64,000 bases of DNA from Octopus vulgaris (lineage: Eukaryota): positions 54,991 through 118,990 of the forward strand of contig CATOCA020000010.1 of NCBI GenBank assembly GCA_951406725.2. The letters run 5' to 3'. Under the pieces are notes generated by a model. That model did not search any database, had not been told where the DNA came from, and worked only from the letters and a program-made list of their open reading frames with translations. The position numbers and the translations under genes are program-made. This document shows, in pieces, positions 31,971 through 55,142 of the stretch; the first letter of the stretch is position 1, and each line of letters begins with the position of its first letter.

Positions 31971-32100
31971 CGTGTATCTGTATAAGAGCATCGGCTCGAA
32001 ACGTAAAATACTTTTTCTATTCCTGAGCGCTATACTAATACATTTGTTTGTTTGTACTCCACCTGCCTTCGTCTTTTGTTTATTTTCGTAAACTTTCCCT
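31080..32100. repeat. Oppositely oriented copies of a Penelope-like terminal repeat family (31080-31200; 31975-32100), related piece at 62488-62575
   Basis: GTTTCGAGCCTATGC versus GCATCGGCTCGAAACG, plus shared TCCTGAGCG...TAATAC segments. Confidence 0.5.
31374..31531. mobile_element. Foldback (inverted pseudo-LTR pair) with a hammerhead motif in each arm (31408-31445 minus; 31461-31498 plus)
   Basis: The arms are reverse complements. Plus arm: CTGT-CTGACGA-acagaaacat-GAAA-CTCTGAG-TA-ACAG; stem II is disrupted, probably by CpG decay. Confidence 0.7.
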
Positions 32101-32964
32101 CTGTGTGTATATATATATATATAAATATGTATAACTATACGTGTGTGTGTATATATATATATATATAAATATGTATAACTATACGTGTGCGTATGTATAT
32201 GTTTACGTATATGTATATATATGTGTGTGTATGTATGTATATACATGTGTATGCATATTTACATGTGTGTGTGTATGTGAATATATATATATAGCATCTG
32301 GAGCAAATGGTTTTGTTAAGCAGTGTCGAGTCCTACATTTCTGTAAATATTAATTGTATTTTTTTTGTAATCTTAAAGCATGCAAATGAGAAAGGAAAAT
32401 AGTCTAACAATGGAGCATATAAGCCTTCTACATAAAAAAGTAAGCTTTCCCGTACCTGTGGGATAAGCCCATTTTCTTCTGTCAAGGGCTTGTGCCCCAT
32501 TATTTGACTATTTCCCTTAGACATTTGCATGGTGATCGCTATAAGTCTTAAGCTTATAAAAAAATGCAGTTATTGTTTATAGAATTCCAAAACTCAGTGC
32601 CACTTAACAAAACCATTTGCACCGAAAGCACATAAAGTTTGTTTACAAAAACAACTACAAACTATGGTGCAGCCTTCTGGCTTCCCAGATCCCCGGTCGA
32701 ACCGTCCAACCCATGCTAGCATGGAGAACGGACGTTAAACGATGATGATGAGCAGGCTGGTTCGTTGGTGTAATCGGTAACACACTTAGTCGCGTTAACA
32801 AAGGGATGTAGGTTTGCATCCCCACAAGTACGGGAAAGTCTACTTTTTCTATCACGGGCTTATATGCCCCTTTGTTAGACTATTTTCCTTAGTCATTTGC
32901 ACACTGATCACCATAAGTTTTAAGCTTGCAAAAAAAAAAAAAAAACCATTATTATTTATATATA

Positions 32965-34201
32965 TTGGGTTGGCAACTTCCCGCCATTCTTTGAAATTTA
33001 AATTTTTTAAGAGGTTTAATAAAAAATAACAACTAATTAATAATTTATTCACCCTTGTTGCTTACAACTTCTTCCCAACGTTCAACAAGATTTTCAATAC
33101 CTCATTGGTTGGATCAATTTTCTGAGTCGAAATCAAGTGATTTCTACCAAGCTCTCAATTCTGCATCAGTATTGAGCGAAACTCCACACAGAGCATTTGA
33201 AAGAGATCAAAAGAGGTGGAAATATGTTGGTGCCAAATCAGAAGAGTACAGCGGGTATGGCAGCACTTCCCAGCCATACGTTTGATTGGCTTCCTTGGTC
33301 ATATTTGGTGATATGAGGGTGAGCGTTGTCGTACAGCAGAACTTCATGCTGCCGTTTAGGTCTTTTCTCTTGAATAGCCGTGTTGAGTCATTCCATCTGT
33401 TGAACATAGAGTTCTGGGTTGACCGTTTGGTTCCGTTCAAGCAATTTGTAATGGATAATCCCTTCCTAGTCCCACCATGCACACATCGTTTTACACAGGT
33501 GAAGATCTTGTTTCACGTACGGTATCGCTTGTTTACTGGGGTTAAGCCATTCCTTATGCTGCTTCATATTGATGTACAGGCACCATTTTTCGTCACCAGT
33601 AACGATTCAATAAAGAAATTGTTGCTTGTGTCCATGAGTTGAGCAGTGACGAGCAAGCAAACCAGCAGAGATTGTGACTCATTGATTTTTGTTGCTGTCA
33701 CTTAAAGCATGCGGAACCCCTCCTCCATACTTCTGAACCTTTCCCATTGAGTGAAGATGCTTCTCTATAGCAGTGTGGGAGCATTCTCTGCCAATTCTTT
33801 TGTTGTTTGACAAGAATTTTCATGCAAAAGTTGGTTTAATCGCTCTTGATCGAACTCAACTGGACAGCCAGAACGAGGTGCGTCTTTGAGGTTAAAATTT
33901 CCATTTTTGAACTTGGCATACCAATCACGAGTGGTTCTCTCAGCTATGGCACCCTCTCCATATACAGCACAAATGTCGTGAGCAGCTTTTGCAGCCTTAG
34001 AACCTTAATTAAAAGCAAAAAGTAGGAAGTGTCAAAAATGCTCGTTTTTCTTAACTTGACATTCCATTTAATGATTGGAAAATAAACAAAATTAAATAGG
34101 AAAAAAAAAAAATAGATTCCAAAATGATTCAAAAATAGAATTCTCAAAAGAAATAAATTCCAAAATTTAAAAAAATGGCGGGAACTTAGTTGCCAACCCA
34201 A
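32965..34201 (-). mobile_element. Full-length decayed mariner transposon (1237 bp)
   Basis: TA-flanked TIRs TTGGGTTGGCAAC(TAAG)TTCCCGCCATT. The transposase starts at ATG 34067 (MECQVKKNEHF*HFLLFAFN*GSKAAKAAHDICAVYGEG...DAPRSG) and includes TGDEKW and YSSDLAPTYFHLF; multiple stops. Confidence 0.93.
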
Positions 34202-34315
34202 TATATATAAGTATGTATGTGTGCATGTATACATATACATCTATGTATATACATATGTGTGTGTAAATATATACAAGTATGTAAAAATATATATATGTGT
34301 ATGCATATATATGCA

Positions 34316-34347
<32 letters not shown>

Positions 34348-34626
34348 CCTGTTTGTATATGTGCCAGTGGGACATAAAAGCACTCACTACTCTTTCGGTG
34401 TGGTTGGCTTTGGGGGGGCATCGAGCTGTAGGAACCTTGCCAGATCAGATTGGACTCCCACCCCCGGCCAGCTTTCCAGTTTTCAGTCAAACTGTCCAAC
34501 CCATACCAGCATAGAAAGCAGACATTAAATGATGATATATACCTGTGTGTGTGTATACACTTATATGTATGTCTGTTGTTCATGGAGGCGTTAAATGATG
34601 TTGACAAGGACACACATACATGCGTT

Positions 34627-34660
<34 letters not shown>

Positions 34661-34666
<6 letters not shown>

Positions 34667-35725
34667 CCTTCTTGTGACACTTGTGAAGACCTGTTGAGAC
34701 AAGTGATCAAATCAAATCAAATCAAAATAGATGAACATCAATGGAATTTGTATCTTTGTGGTACCAGTGCCGGTGGCACACAAGAAAACCATCCGAACGT
34801 GGCCGTAGACAGTACCGTATCGACTGGCCTCTGTGCTGTGGGCTCATAACAAACACCATCCGATCGTGGCCGTTCGCCAGCCTCATCTGGCACCTGTGTC
34901 GGTGGCACATAAAAACACCATCTGAAGACCCGGCAAGACTAGTCAGGCCATAACCCGTGGCCCCTACCTGGGACGTAGTCAGTCCGCCTGTGCATACCTT
35001 CCTTCTTGTGACACTTGTGAAGACCTGTTGAGGCAAGTGATCAAATCAAAACAAATCAAAATAGATGAACATCAATGGAATTTGTATCTTTGTGGTACCA
35101 GGCCGGTGGCACACAAGATAACCATCCGAACATGGCCGTAGCCAGTACCGCATCGACTGGCCTCTGTGCTGTGGGCTCATAACAAACACCATCCGATCGT
35201 GGCCGTTCGCCAGCCTCATCTGGCACCTGTGTCGGTGGCACATAAAAACACCATCTGAAGACCCGGCAAGACTAGTCAGGCCATAACCCGTGGCCCCTAC
35301 CTGGGACGTAGTCAGTCCGCCTGTGCATACCTTCCTTCTTGTGACACTTGTGAAGACCTGTTGAGACAAGTGATCAAATCAAATCAAAATAGATGAACAT
35401 CAATGGAATTTGTATCTTTGTGAAAATTAGTGCCGGTGGCACACAAGAAAACCATCCGAACGTGGCCGTAGCCAGTACCGCATCGACTGGCCTCCGTGCT
35501 GTGGGCACGTAACAAACACCATCCATCTGGCACCTGTGTCGGAGGCACATAAAAACACCATCCGAAGACCCGGCAAGACTAGTCAGGCCATAACCCGTGG
35601 CCCCCTACCTGGGACGTTTTCAGTTCACCTGTGCATACCTTCCTTCCTTCTTGTGACACTTGTGAAGACCTGTTGAGGCAAGTGAAAATCAAAATCAAAT
35701 CAAATCAAAATAGATGAACATCAAT
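34661..35725 (+). repeat. Tandem array of ~333-bp units derived from an RTE 3' UTR (3.3 copies)
   Basis: TACCTTCCTTC at 34661, 34995, 35328 and 35636. The unit shares GAAGACCCGGCA, CCATAACCCGTGGCC and ACTTGTGAAGACCTGTTGAGGCAAGTGA with 11850-12280. Confidence 0.9.
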
Positions 35726-35944
35726 AGCCGCTGGAGAATGTTCACCTGGGGCTACATAGCTACAGTAACACCCACGCGAAGCGGTATAGCACTATATATA
35801 GATGACATACTATACTATCCATTGGTATTGCAGTATACGTATCTATGCCTCGCTCAGAGATATATATATATTGTTTGTATATATATATATATATATTCCT
35901 TTTTCTTTTTTCTATATATATATATACACCGTTGTTTCTGACCG

Positions 35945-36300
35945 TCTGTAGGCATGCTGGAGCACCGCATATACTAGTCAGGCCGTCGACGGGACTATAT
36001 TCTTTGTATATACCTAGTACTATATTCTATCAGTTCTCTATGCCGGGCGATAGGTGACGGGGGCGTAAACACGCAGCATCGATTTGTCGAGCGATGTTGG
36101 GGGACTGACACAGACACACAAACATATACACATGGTGGCTGCCCCTCGTATATCGAGTAGCCATTGCACAGCTATATATCATATGCTGTATATTGTGCAT
36201 ATGCCTGTGCAGAAGATATATATATATATATATATATAAAGTGAGGAAGGGGCTGTGCACTGAGTCATATCCCACTCACTAAGCAACAGTAGCCATATAT
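35945..36300 (-). mobile_element. Garbled SINE in low-quality sequence
   Basis: GCATGCTGGAGCACCGC tail (shared with the CR1 3' end) and a GGGGCGTAAACAC...GCGATGTTGGGGGAC body, peppered with TATA insertions. Confidence 0.5.
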
Positions 36301-36769
36301 CCGAAAAGAAGAACAAGTCAACATGTCGGTAACCACTGAGCACCGGTATATATGATCGGAGTATATCCCAGTATACCTGATATATACCTTCTCCTAGAAG
36401 GATGCCCCTAACAAAGTCTGGGTCAGCCTTCACTCTGACGTATATATATAACGCGATCAGGTATTCAGTATCGATATATTTCTATGTCCCCGCGCGGTAG
36501 CCTATAAGACATATATATATGGATGGCCGTTGACTCTCAAGTTCCTCTGCCATTTGACAGGTTTTGCTATATATCATCACAGGATGCCATATAAACACCC
36601 TCCTCTATATATAACTGGCTTGTATAACATACATACATACATACATACATACATACATACATACATACATAACATACATACATGCATGCATAACTATACA
36701 TACATACATACATACATACATACATAACTATACACGCACATGCATGCATGCATGCATGCATACATACAT

Positions 36770-36830
<61 letters not shown>

Positions 36831-37282
36831 AGAGGATATATATATATATATATAAGGCAGATATGCTATAATTGATATAGTAAAGTAACTATATATATGC
36901 ATAGCAGCGCTAGCAACATATATAATGGGTGTATGGATATATATATAAAAAAGATATATATATATATATATATATCAAAACGGTATATATATCATTGCTA
37001 GGCATATATTTTCAAGATTTGGAAGGATATATATATATATATATATATAACTATACATATATATTGAGAAGGGAAAAAAGATATATATACGTTTTTTTTT
37101 CAAAAAAAAAAAAAGATATATACATATATACAAAAGATGATATATATAGTATACCATTATACATTGTAAAGTAACTTTATCATTTTTGAAGTTTTCAATA
37201 ATAGTCCCTTAAAAAATTTCTTTGGAGGATTAAGATATATATATGCATATACATGCGTGCGCATACTCACACACACACAGAA

Positions 37283-37470
37283 TGAAATAATTTGAGAGCA
37301 GAGAACTGGAGACTTGGTGATGTGATTGCAGAGTACCGAAAGCACGAGTTCCGCTGGGCCAGACATTTCGCAAGATTCACAGACAACAGGCGGACCTGTG
37401 CAGTCGCCGAGTCGGACCCAAAGGATAAAGATATAACGCCGCATGGAAGGCCTCCACGGCGATGAGAGAT
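37283..37470 (+). mobile_element. Old RTE-1-type LINE C-terminal fragment (third RTE family)
   Basis: SRELE/TGLGDVIAEYRKHEFRWARHFARFTDNRRTCAVAESDPKD...HGRPPRR* matches the RWAGHVAR..DNRWT...GRPPxRW pattern. Confidence 0.75.
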
Positions 37471-37991
37471 ATAACGATTCAAGATAAGCTATATTTGGTT
37501 CAAGATGGTAAAGAACAGTGCATATCGAGACAGAACTGGAAAGCGCACTTTGACCGAGTGTCTATACAGCACCTGTACATATTGGTGATATACTGTATAT
37601 ATACAAGCAACTAGGTAGATACCGTCCAGTATAGGTTCAGACAGGCATATGACCGTTCAAGACTATGTGAACTATATATATATATATATATAGTGATCAT
37701 ATAAAAACAAGACATATATGATTTCCAATTTGTTATAAGATTGTTAATTTAATGCATAATATTTAGTGTATAATTCAGCAAATGGTAAGTGTTGCTGTTC
37801 AACTGTGTGTGTGCGGCCTTTCAATTTCAATGTATATATACTAACACATTACACTTTTAATCCCACGTGGCGTGAGTTCAGCTCTTAGAATACATTAAAT
37901 ATATTTGAAATGGACTTTAATTAAACTACTCTGTTATGTGTCACCATAAAGTGAAAGCTTCGTGCGTGTGTCTGTTACCTTTAATGATATG

Positions 37992-38072
<81 letters not shown>

Positions 38073-38105
38073 ATATATATGTATATATGTATATACATAT
38101 ATGTA

Positions 38106-38437
<332 letters not shown>

Positions 38438-38457
38438 CATACATATATATATATATA

Positions 38458-38579
<122 letters not shown>

Positions 38580-38755
38580 GTATACATATATATATATATA
38601 TGTATACATATATATATATATGTATACATATATATATATATATGTATACATATATATATATATATGTATACATATATATATATATATGTATACATATATA
38701 TATATATATGTATACATATATATATATATATGTATACATATATATATATATGTAT

Positions 38756-41357
38756 GATTGATTGATTGATTGATTGATTGATTCTAGTTTCCGCTTATGA
38801 GCTGTGGCCATGCTGGGGCACCGCCATTTGGTGTTGCTACTTGGTTTCACTTCATGGAGGCTTTCTAGCAACTGCTATTTGGTGCATGAGAGAGTTCGAT
38901 GCAGCTGCCCTCATCTGCCCCTCCTGCCGTGAAGTTGGTTCATCTGGGACACCTGACAGGAAGAGATCCAGCTTCATTTTAAAGACATCTGTATCCACCC
39001 CATGCAGGTCTCTCAGGTTCTTCGGGAGGATATTGAAGAGCTGTGGGCCTCGGAAGCCCAGGCTATCACAGAATCTTGTCCTACATCTTGATGGCAGGTT
39101 TGGAGTCCTAGGCACCACGCAGTGGCGCCCAGTTCTGGCATTTGCGTAACTCTCGATGCCAAAGTTCAGGACACTTCCCTCCAGGATCTTCCAGATGTAT
39201 ATTATGGCATATCTTTCCCGCCTACGCTCCAGGGAGTATAATTTTAATCTCTTGAGTCTTTCCCAGTAGCTTACATTCTGCATAGAGGCTATCTTCTTTG
39301 TGTAGCTTCGTTGGATCGCCTCAAGTTCTGTGATCAACTTGACACTGGATGGTGACCATAGCTGAGAGCAATAGTCAAAGTGGCTTAGGACAAGTGTCTT
39401 CCAGAGGACCATCATGGTTTCTTGTTCTCTTGTTCTAAAGGTTCTAAGAATCCATCCAGCCAGCCGTCTACATTTCATTGTCAGTTTAGCAACATGTACA
39501 TGAAAGGTCGCGTCATCACTCATGTGAATACCAAGGTCACGCACTGATTGTGCCTCTGGGATTGCAATCCCTCCGGGTCCAGTGTATTCATTGGGTATTG
39601 CATTCAGTTTTGCATGCTGATAGTATAAAGCTTGAAACTTTCCAGCATTGAACTGCATGCTATTCTTTTCAGCCCACTTGTATATTTCGTCCAGCTCACA
39701 TTGCAGGTTTTTAGTGTCCTCAGGGTTCTGTATTGCCTGTGAAACTTTTGTATCATCTGCATAACTTGTGATCGTGGATCTCTGCGTGGCTGAGGGCATG
39801 TCTGAGAGGGCCATTATGAACAGTAGTGGTCCCAAAACAGTGCCCTGTGGAACACCACTCATTATTTGCGTGTTAATGGAAGTGGCCCCATTGGCTACTA
39901 CCACCTGACTTCTATTCTTCAGAAAGTCGTGAAGCCATTCTCCTAGTTTTCCAACTATGCCAAGATCACGCAGTTTGTGACATATCATTCCATGATCGAC
40001 TTTATCGAAGGCCTTTGCGAAGTCGAGATATATGACTTCCACATTTGAGTGGTTGAGCAGTTGTTTCAGCACCCAGTCATAGTGTTGTAGGAGCTGAGTT
40101 AAACAGCTTCTCCCTGGTCGGAAACCATGTTGGGTGTCGGGCAGCAAGTCATTCTCTTCAAGGAAGGTGATCAGCTTCCTTCTGACTATTCGTTCCATGA
40201 CCTTGCTGATGTGTGAGGTCAGAGAGATAGGTCTATAGTTCTTGGCTTCCGCTCTGCTACCTCCTTTATGAATGGGGCATATTTTACCTTCCTTCAGTTT
40301 TCCTGGAAGTTTGCCAGCTGCAAGGAAGCTCTGAAAGAGGAACTGCAGTGGTCTTGCTAGGACTCTCTTACATGCTTTTAGGAGGATTGCCGGGAATCCA
40401 TCGGGGCCAGTAGCTGAGTCTGTTTTCATTTCATCTATAGCCTTGGTTACATCGTCTTCCTTTATATCGATGTAATCTATCGTCGCCGCCTCTGATTTTA
40501 TATCTGCAGTGGTAAAAAAGTCAGTTGGATTGGTGATTTGGAGATGCCCAAGGGGTGGAGTGAAAACACTCTTGAATTGCTCATTCAGTATTTCACTTAC
40601 CCTCATTGGTTTTCCTGTAAGTGTGCCATCCTTTTCAAGGAGTGGCCCTATTCTACAGTGCACTGTAGCTGTTTCTTTGGCATACCTGTAGAAAGCTCTG
40701 GGGTTAGATTTTATGTTTTCTATAGCCCAGGCTTCTTTGTCTGCTCTTTCTTTTTCATGGGAGAGTTGCAGACATTTTTCGATTTCCAACAGTTTTATTT
40801 TTAGGCGGGACTTTTCACTGCTTTCAATCTGTTTGTTTAGGCGATTTGAAAATTTCGTACGCCGTCTCATTAAAATTTTCCTCTCTCTGGGGATTTTGTT
40901 CTTGTGTACAGTGGCCTTTCTCTCTGGGACACATTTGTAGCATATGGCTTGCATTACAGACATGAATTGTTGAAGTTTCACATCGATGTCTGGCGAGGAG
41001 AGACATTCAGGCCAGTTTTGTTTGAGGATCTCTTTTCAATTTGTTTCCAGTTTGCCTTATGGTAGTTCAAGCTGGAAAGATTTTGAGGGTTTCTTGTAGG
41101 CTGCATGTCCGTGCTCTCTTTTGGCCCGTACATGGTCAGCTCTATCATGTTGTGATCCGAGAGTAGTGTCGGTGTCACTTTCACATTATGGATGAGATCC
41201 ATGTCATTTGTGAAGCAGAGATCCAGTGTGTTACCTGCCCTGGTTGGTTGGAGTATTACCTGCTCCATGTACAGGGTGTTGATGAGGTTCAGGAGGGACC
41301 TCGCCTGTCCTCGTTCACATCTTGTCATTCCTGGGAGAGAAAGGCCCTCGGGCCATC
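38756..41357 (-). mobile_element. CR1-group LINE, young copy running into a gap
   Basis: Near-identical to 8593-11408; (AATC)n tail; 1-nt deletion near 41035. Confidence 0.95.
38852..40981 (-). CDS. Open reverse transcriptase reading frame (709 aa) of the CR1-group LINE ORF2
   Basis: Uninterrupted RT motifs, including YADD, through to the natural C-terminus. Confidence 0.85.
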   Translation of the reverse strand: MKLQQFMSVMQAICYKCVPERKATVHKNKIPRERKILMRRRTKFSNRLNKQIESSEKSRLKIKLLEIEKCLQLSHEKERADKEAWAIENIKSNPRAFYRYAKETATVHCRIGPLLEKDGTLTGKPMRVSEILNEQFKSVFTPPLGHLQITNPTDFFTTADIKSEAATIDYIDIKEDDVTKAIDEMKTDSATGPDGFPAILLKACKRVLARPLQFLFQSFLAAGKLPGKLKEGKICPIHKGGSRAEAKNYRPISLTSHISKVMERIVRRKLITFLEENDLLPDTQHGFRPGRSCLTQLLQHYDWVLKQLLNHSNVEVIYLDFAKAFDKVDHGMICHKLRDLGIVGKLGEWLHDFLKNRSQVVVANGATSINTQIMSGVPQGTVLGPLLFIMALSDMPSATQRSTITSYADDTKVSQAIQNPEDTKNLQCELDEIYKWAEKNSMQFNAGKFQALYYQHAKLNAIPNEYTGPGGIAIPEAQSVRDLGIHMSDDATFHVHVAKLTMKCRRLAGWILRTFRTREQETMMVLWKTLVLSHFDYCSQLWSPSSVKLITELEAIQRSYTKKIASMQNVSYWERLKRLKLYSLERRRERYAIIYIWKILEGSVLNFGIESYANARTGRHCVVPRTPNLPSRCRTRFCDSLGFRGPQLFNILPKNLRDLHGVDTDVFKMKLDLFLSGVPDEPTSRQEGQMRAAASNSLMHQIAVARKPP

Positions 41358-41539
41358 NNNNNNNNNNNNNNNNNNNNNNNNNNNNNNNNNNNNNNNNNNN
41401 NNNNNNNNNNNNNNNNNNNNNNNNNNNNNNNNNNNNNNNNNNNNNNNNNNNNNNNNNATCTGAGAGCTTGCTGTCAAAATAAGTCTGCATTTATACATGC
41501 TAGCAGATTTAATGGGGTGGGGGTATATAAGCAGGGCAC

Positions 41540-51046
<9,507 letters not shown>

Positions 51047-51548
51047 AATTCCCAGTTCAACTACTTTCTTCTTCAATTTCAACTCCCGCTCGATGACCGC
51101 AGCAAGTTCTTAAAAATTTATCTTACTATATTTTTTTATTCGTTGTTACTACGTTTATTCATACACTGTTACGAAAATTTATCTTACTATATTTTTTTAT
51201 TCGTTGTTACTACTTTATTTAACCTTTTTAGGCTACTTTCAAGCCTTCGCCATAACTTGATTTATCTTCCTATCTCTCTCTCTACAATATTTAACCGCAG
51301 GCTGCCTCAAGCCGTAATCCCATCTTTTTCCCATCTGTCTTCTTTTTCCTCCTCTTCTTCTTCATATGCTAAAACTTGAAAACCGCCATTACTATTACTA
51401 TTACGATTCTGCAATTTAAATTCCCAGTTCAACTACTTTCTTCTTCAATTTCAACTCCCGCTCGATGACCGCAGCAAGTTCTTAAAAATTTATCTTACTA
51501 TATTTTTTATTCGTTGTTAATACGTTTATTCATACACTGTTACGAAAA
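51047..51548 (+). repeat. 333-bp monomer array (same family as 2922-3597), starting directly from (TA)n and running into a gap
   Basis: Near-identical sequence, with a ~40-bp internal duplication at ~51180-51220. Confidence 0.9.
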
Positions 51549-51667
51549 NNNNNNNNNNNNNNNNNNNNNNNNNNNNNNNNNNNNNNNNNNNNNNNNNNNN
51601 NNNNNNNNNNNNNNNNNNNNNNNNNNNNNNNNNNNNNNNNNNNNNNNNGAACTAAACCTCCATACTT

Positions 51668-51703
<36 letters not shown>

Positions 51704-52198
51704 GTGTGTGCGTGTGTATGTATGCGTGTGTGTGCACATATAGATAGTTTGCAAATGAGATCCAGAGATATTCAACATAGAACACACGTAGTAATGCTCA
51801 AATGATTTGAACTTACGCTCAAAGTCTTTACTATTTGCCGATCTTTCTACCGTGACGAAGGAGGCCGGTATTACGGTAATGTTTATATGAAACCTCTACT
51901 GATTGCGTATCCTCGAATTTTTTCCACGCTGCATCAGCCACTTATGAACAGTACAACTATTATGTAATTCTGAGGCCCCAGAAACAGCTATCGGACTTAA
52001 AATATGACTTTTACCCTTAGCTTTCGGTATTTTTTGTACTCCCTGTAAATTTATTTATTTTGTAAACATATAAATATCTGTATGCTCATACGCGAGTGTT
52101 CATCTGAATATTTTATTTATAAATGTTTTATTAATAAATGTTTCGGTTTTACTCCCCTGACTTTCTGCTTCTCTTTCTTTATCTCTCTCTCTCTCTCA

Positions 52199-52257
<59 letters not shown>

Positions 52258-52263
52258 TAATAT

Positions 52264-52337
<74 letters not shown>

Positions 52338-52349
52338 GAATAATATAAA

Positions 52350-52382
<33 letters not shown>

Positions 52383-52426
52383 GAATAATATAAATATATG
52401 TATATATATATATATGAATATATATA

Positions 52427-52474
<48 letters not shown>

Positions 52475-52487
52475 TGAATAATATAAA

Positions 52488-52559
<72 letters not shown>

Positions 52560-52606
52560 GAATAATATAAATATATGTATATATATATATATAGAATATA
52601 TATAAA

Positions 52607-52646
<40 letters not shown>

Positions 52647-52686
52647 TAATATAAATATATGTATATATATATATATAATAATATAA

Positions 52687-52730
<44 letters not shown>

Positions 52731-52915
52731 TAATATAAATATATGTATATATATATATGAATAATATAAATATATGTATATATATATATATATAATAATA
52801 TATATATATATATATATATATGAATAATATAAATATATGTATATATATATTATATATATATGAATAATATAAATATATGTATATATATAATATATGTATA
52901 TATATATATATATGA

Positions 52916-52946
<31 letters not shown>

Positions 52947-52953
52947 ATATAAA

Positions 52954-53009
<56 letters not shown>

Positions 53010-53052
53010 TATATAAATATATAATATAAATATATGTATATATATATATGAA

Positions 53053-53091
<39 letters not shown>

Positions 53092-53112
53092 ATATAAATA
53101 TATGTATATAAT

Positions 53113-53251
<139 letters not shown>

Positions 53252-53542
53252 TAATATAAATATATGCATATATATATATATATATATATATGAATAATAT
53301 AAATAATTAATTAATAAGGGTGAACTAATTTAATAGTATATTTATTCAACACCAAGTGGCCTAGTGCTCGAGAAACCTGGATTATTATAATATATATATT
53401 ATAATATTTTTACAAAATAAATATAAGAGAGTATATATATATAATAAAAGGTTTCAACCACGAAAATACATGTTTGCCATGAAAGTCAGTACGATTGTTA
53501 TCACACGGACAGGGCAAATAAAAATAACAAAAATACAGATTA

Positions 53543-53623
53543 TTTTGGGACAATTGTTTCGCTATTAATGAATTAAATGTAATTTTACTTACAAAAAATC
53601 CATTTGTAGCTCGTCAGCCAAAA
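53543..53623 (-). ncRNA. Minimal type I hammerhead ribozyme, apparently intact
   Basis: Minus strand: TTTTGG-CTGACGA-GCTA(caAATGGATT...AATTCATTaa)TAGC-GAAA-CAATTG-TC-CCAAAA. Complete core, G-C closing pair of stem II, palindromic stem III, GUC site. Confidence 0.85.
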
Positions 53624-53803
53624 CTATCTGGATGAAATCCACTAATCATTTTACCATATAAATACGCGTGTGGTTCAATTGATTACATCCGACGTTATAT
53701 TCAAATAACCAACAGCGCGCCGAGCAATATAGTGACCACTATATTTATTTTGTGAATAATATAAATATATATATATATATATATGAATAATATAAATATA
53801 TGT

Positions 53804-53856
<53 letters not shown>

Positions 53857-54484
53857 TATAAATACATGTGTACACAGGGATGCAAATAAACATGCTTAAG
53901 CTTGATATATGAAATATATATACATGTATATATATATACATATATATATATACATATATATACATATATACATATATATACATATATATACATATATATA
54001 CATATATACATATATATACATATATATACATATATATATATACATATATACATATATATACATATATACATATATATACATATATACATATATACACATA
54101 TATACATATATATACATATATACACATATATACATATATATATATATATACATATAGATGTGAGAGAGAGAGTGAGAGAGAGAAGGGATATACAAGTAAT
54201 ATTTAAAATTAAATCGAATACAAGGAAAATAGGGATGAACACATCCAATCTTTCACTGGCTCCACTGTCTTCTCCTCTCCCCTTCACCGTTCCCTCTCTC
54301 TTACTCCTCCTCCTCCTCCTCGACTCTCTCGTCACTCACACGTGATCAGAAGGAAGCCATCTTTCCAACTGCTATCTTCACTAAGACCAGACCGCTTATC
54401 CTGTCTCTTTCATAAGAAATAATATAAATATATGTATATATATGAATAATATAAATATATGTATATATATATGAATAATATAAA

Positions 54485-54583
<99 letters not shown>

Positions 54584-54595
54584 GTATAATATAAA

Positions 54596-54677
<82 letters not shown>

Positions 54678-54709
54678 TAATATAAATATATGTATATATA
54701 TATATATAT

Positions 54710-54762
54710 GGGCTTCCTGAAGATTTCTCTTGAATGAAACAGTACTAGTCCTGTAGAAGCTC
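54710..54762 (+). ncRNA. Type I hammerhead ribozyme, near-intact
   Basis: GGGCTTC-CTGAAGA-tTTC tctt GAAt-GAAA-CAGtactagtcCTG-TA-GAAGCTC. 7-bp stem I, GUA site, U-U mismatch at the base of stem II. Confidence 0.75.
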
Positions 54763-54772
54763 CTTCTATATA

Positions 54773-54900
<128 letters not shown>

Positions 54901-54915
54901 TATATATATTTATAA

Positions 54916-55015
<100 letters not shown>

Positions 55016-55110
55016 TATATAAATATATATATGTATATAAATATATATATATATACATATTTATATGTATATAAATATATATATATATATACATATTTAT
55101 ATATATATAA

Positions 55111-55141
<31 letters not shown>

Positions 55142-55142
<1 letters not shown>

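Noticed and set aside
35726-37160. Odd 'unique' sequence studded with TATA (also 41458-42200)
   Set aside because: Looks like low-quality consensus of a SINE and TA arrays; likely a sequencing or assembly artefact.
51845-51998. Possible hammerhead (GTGACGA...GAAACAGCTATCGGAC)
   Set aside because: Core and stems are too degenerate to support.
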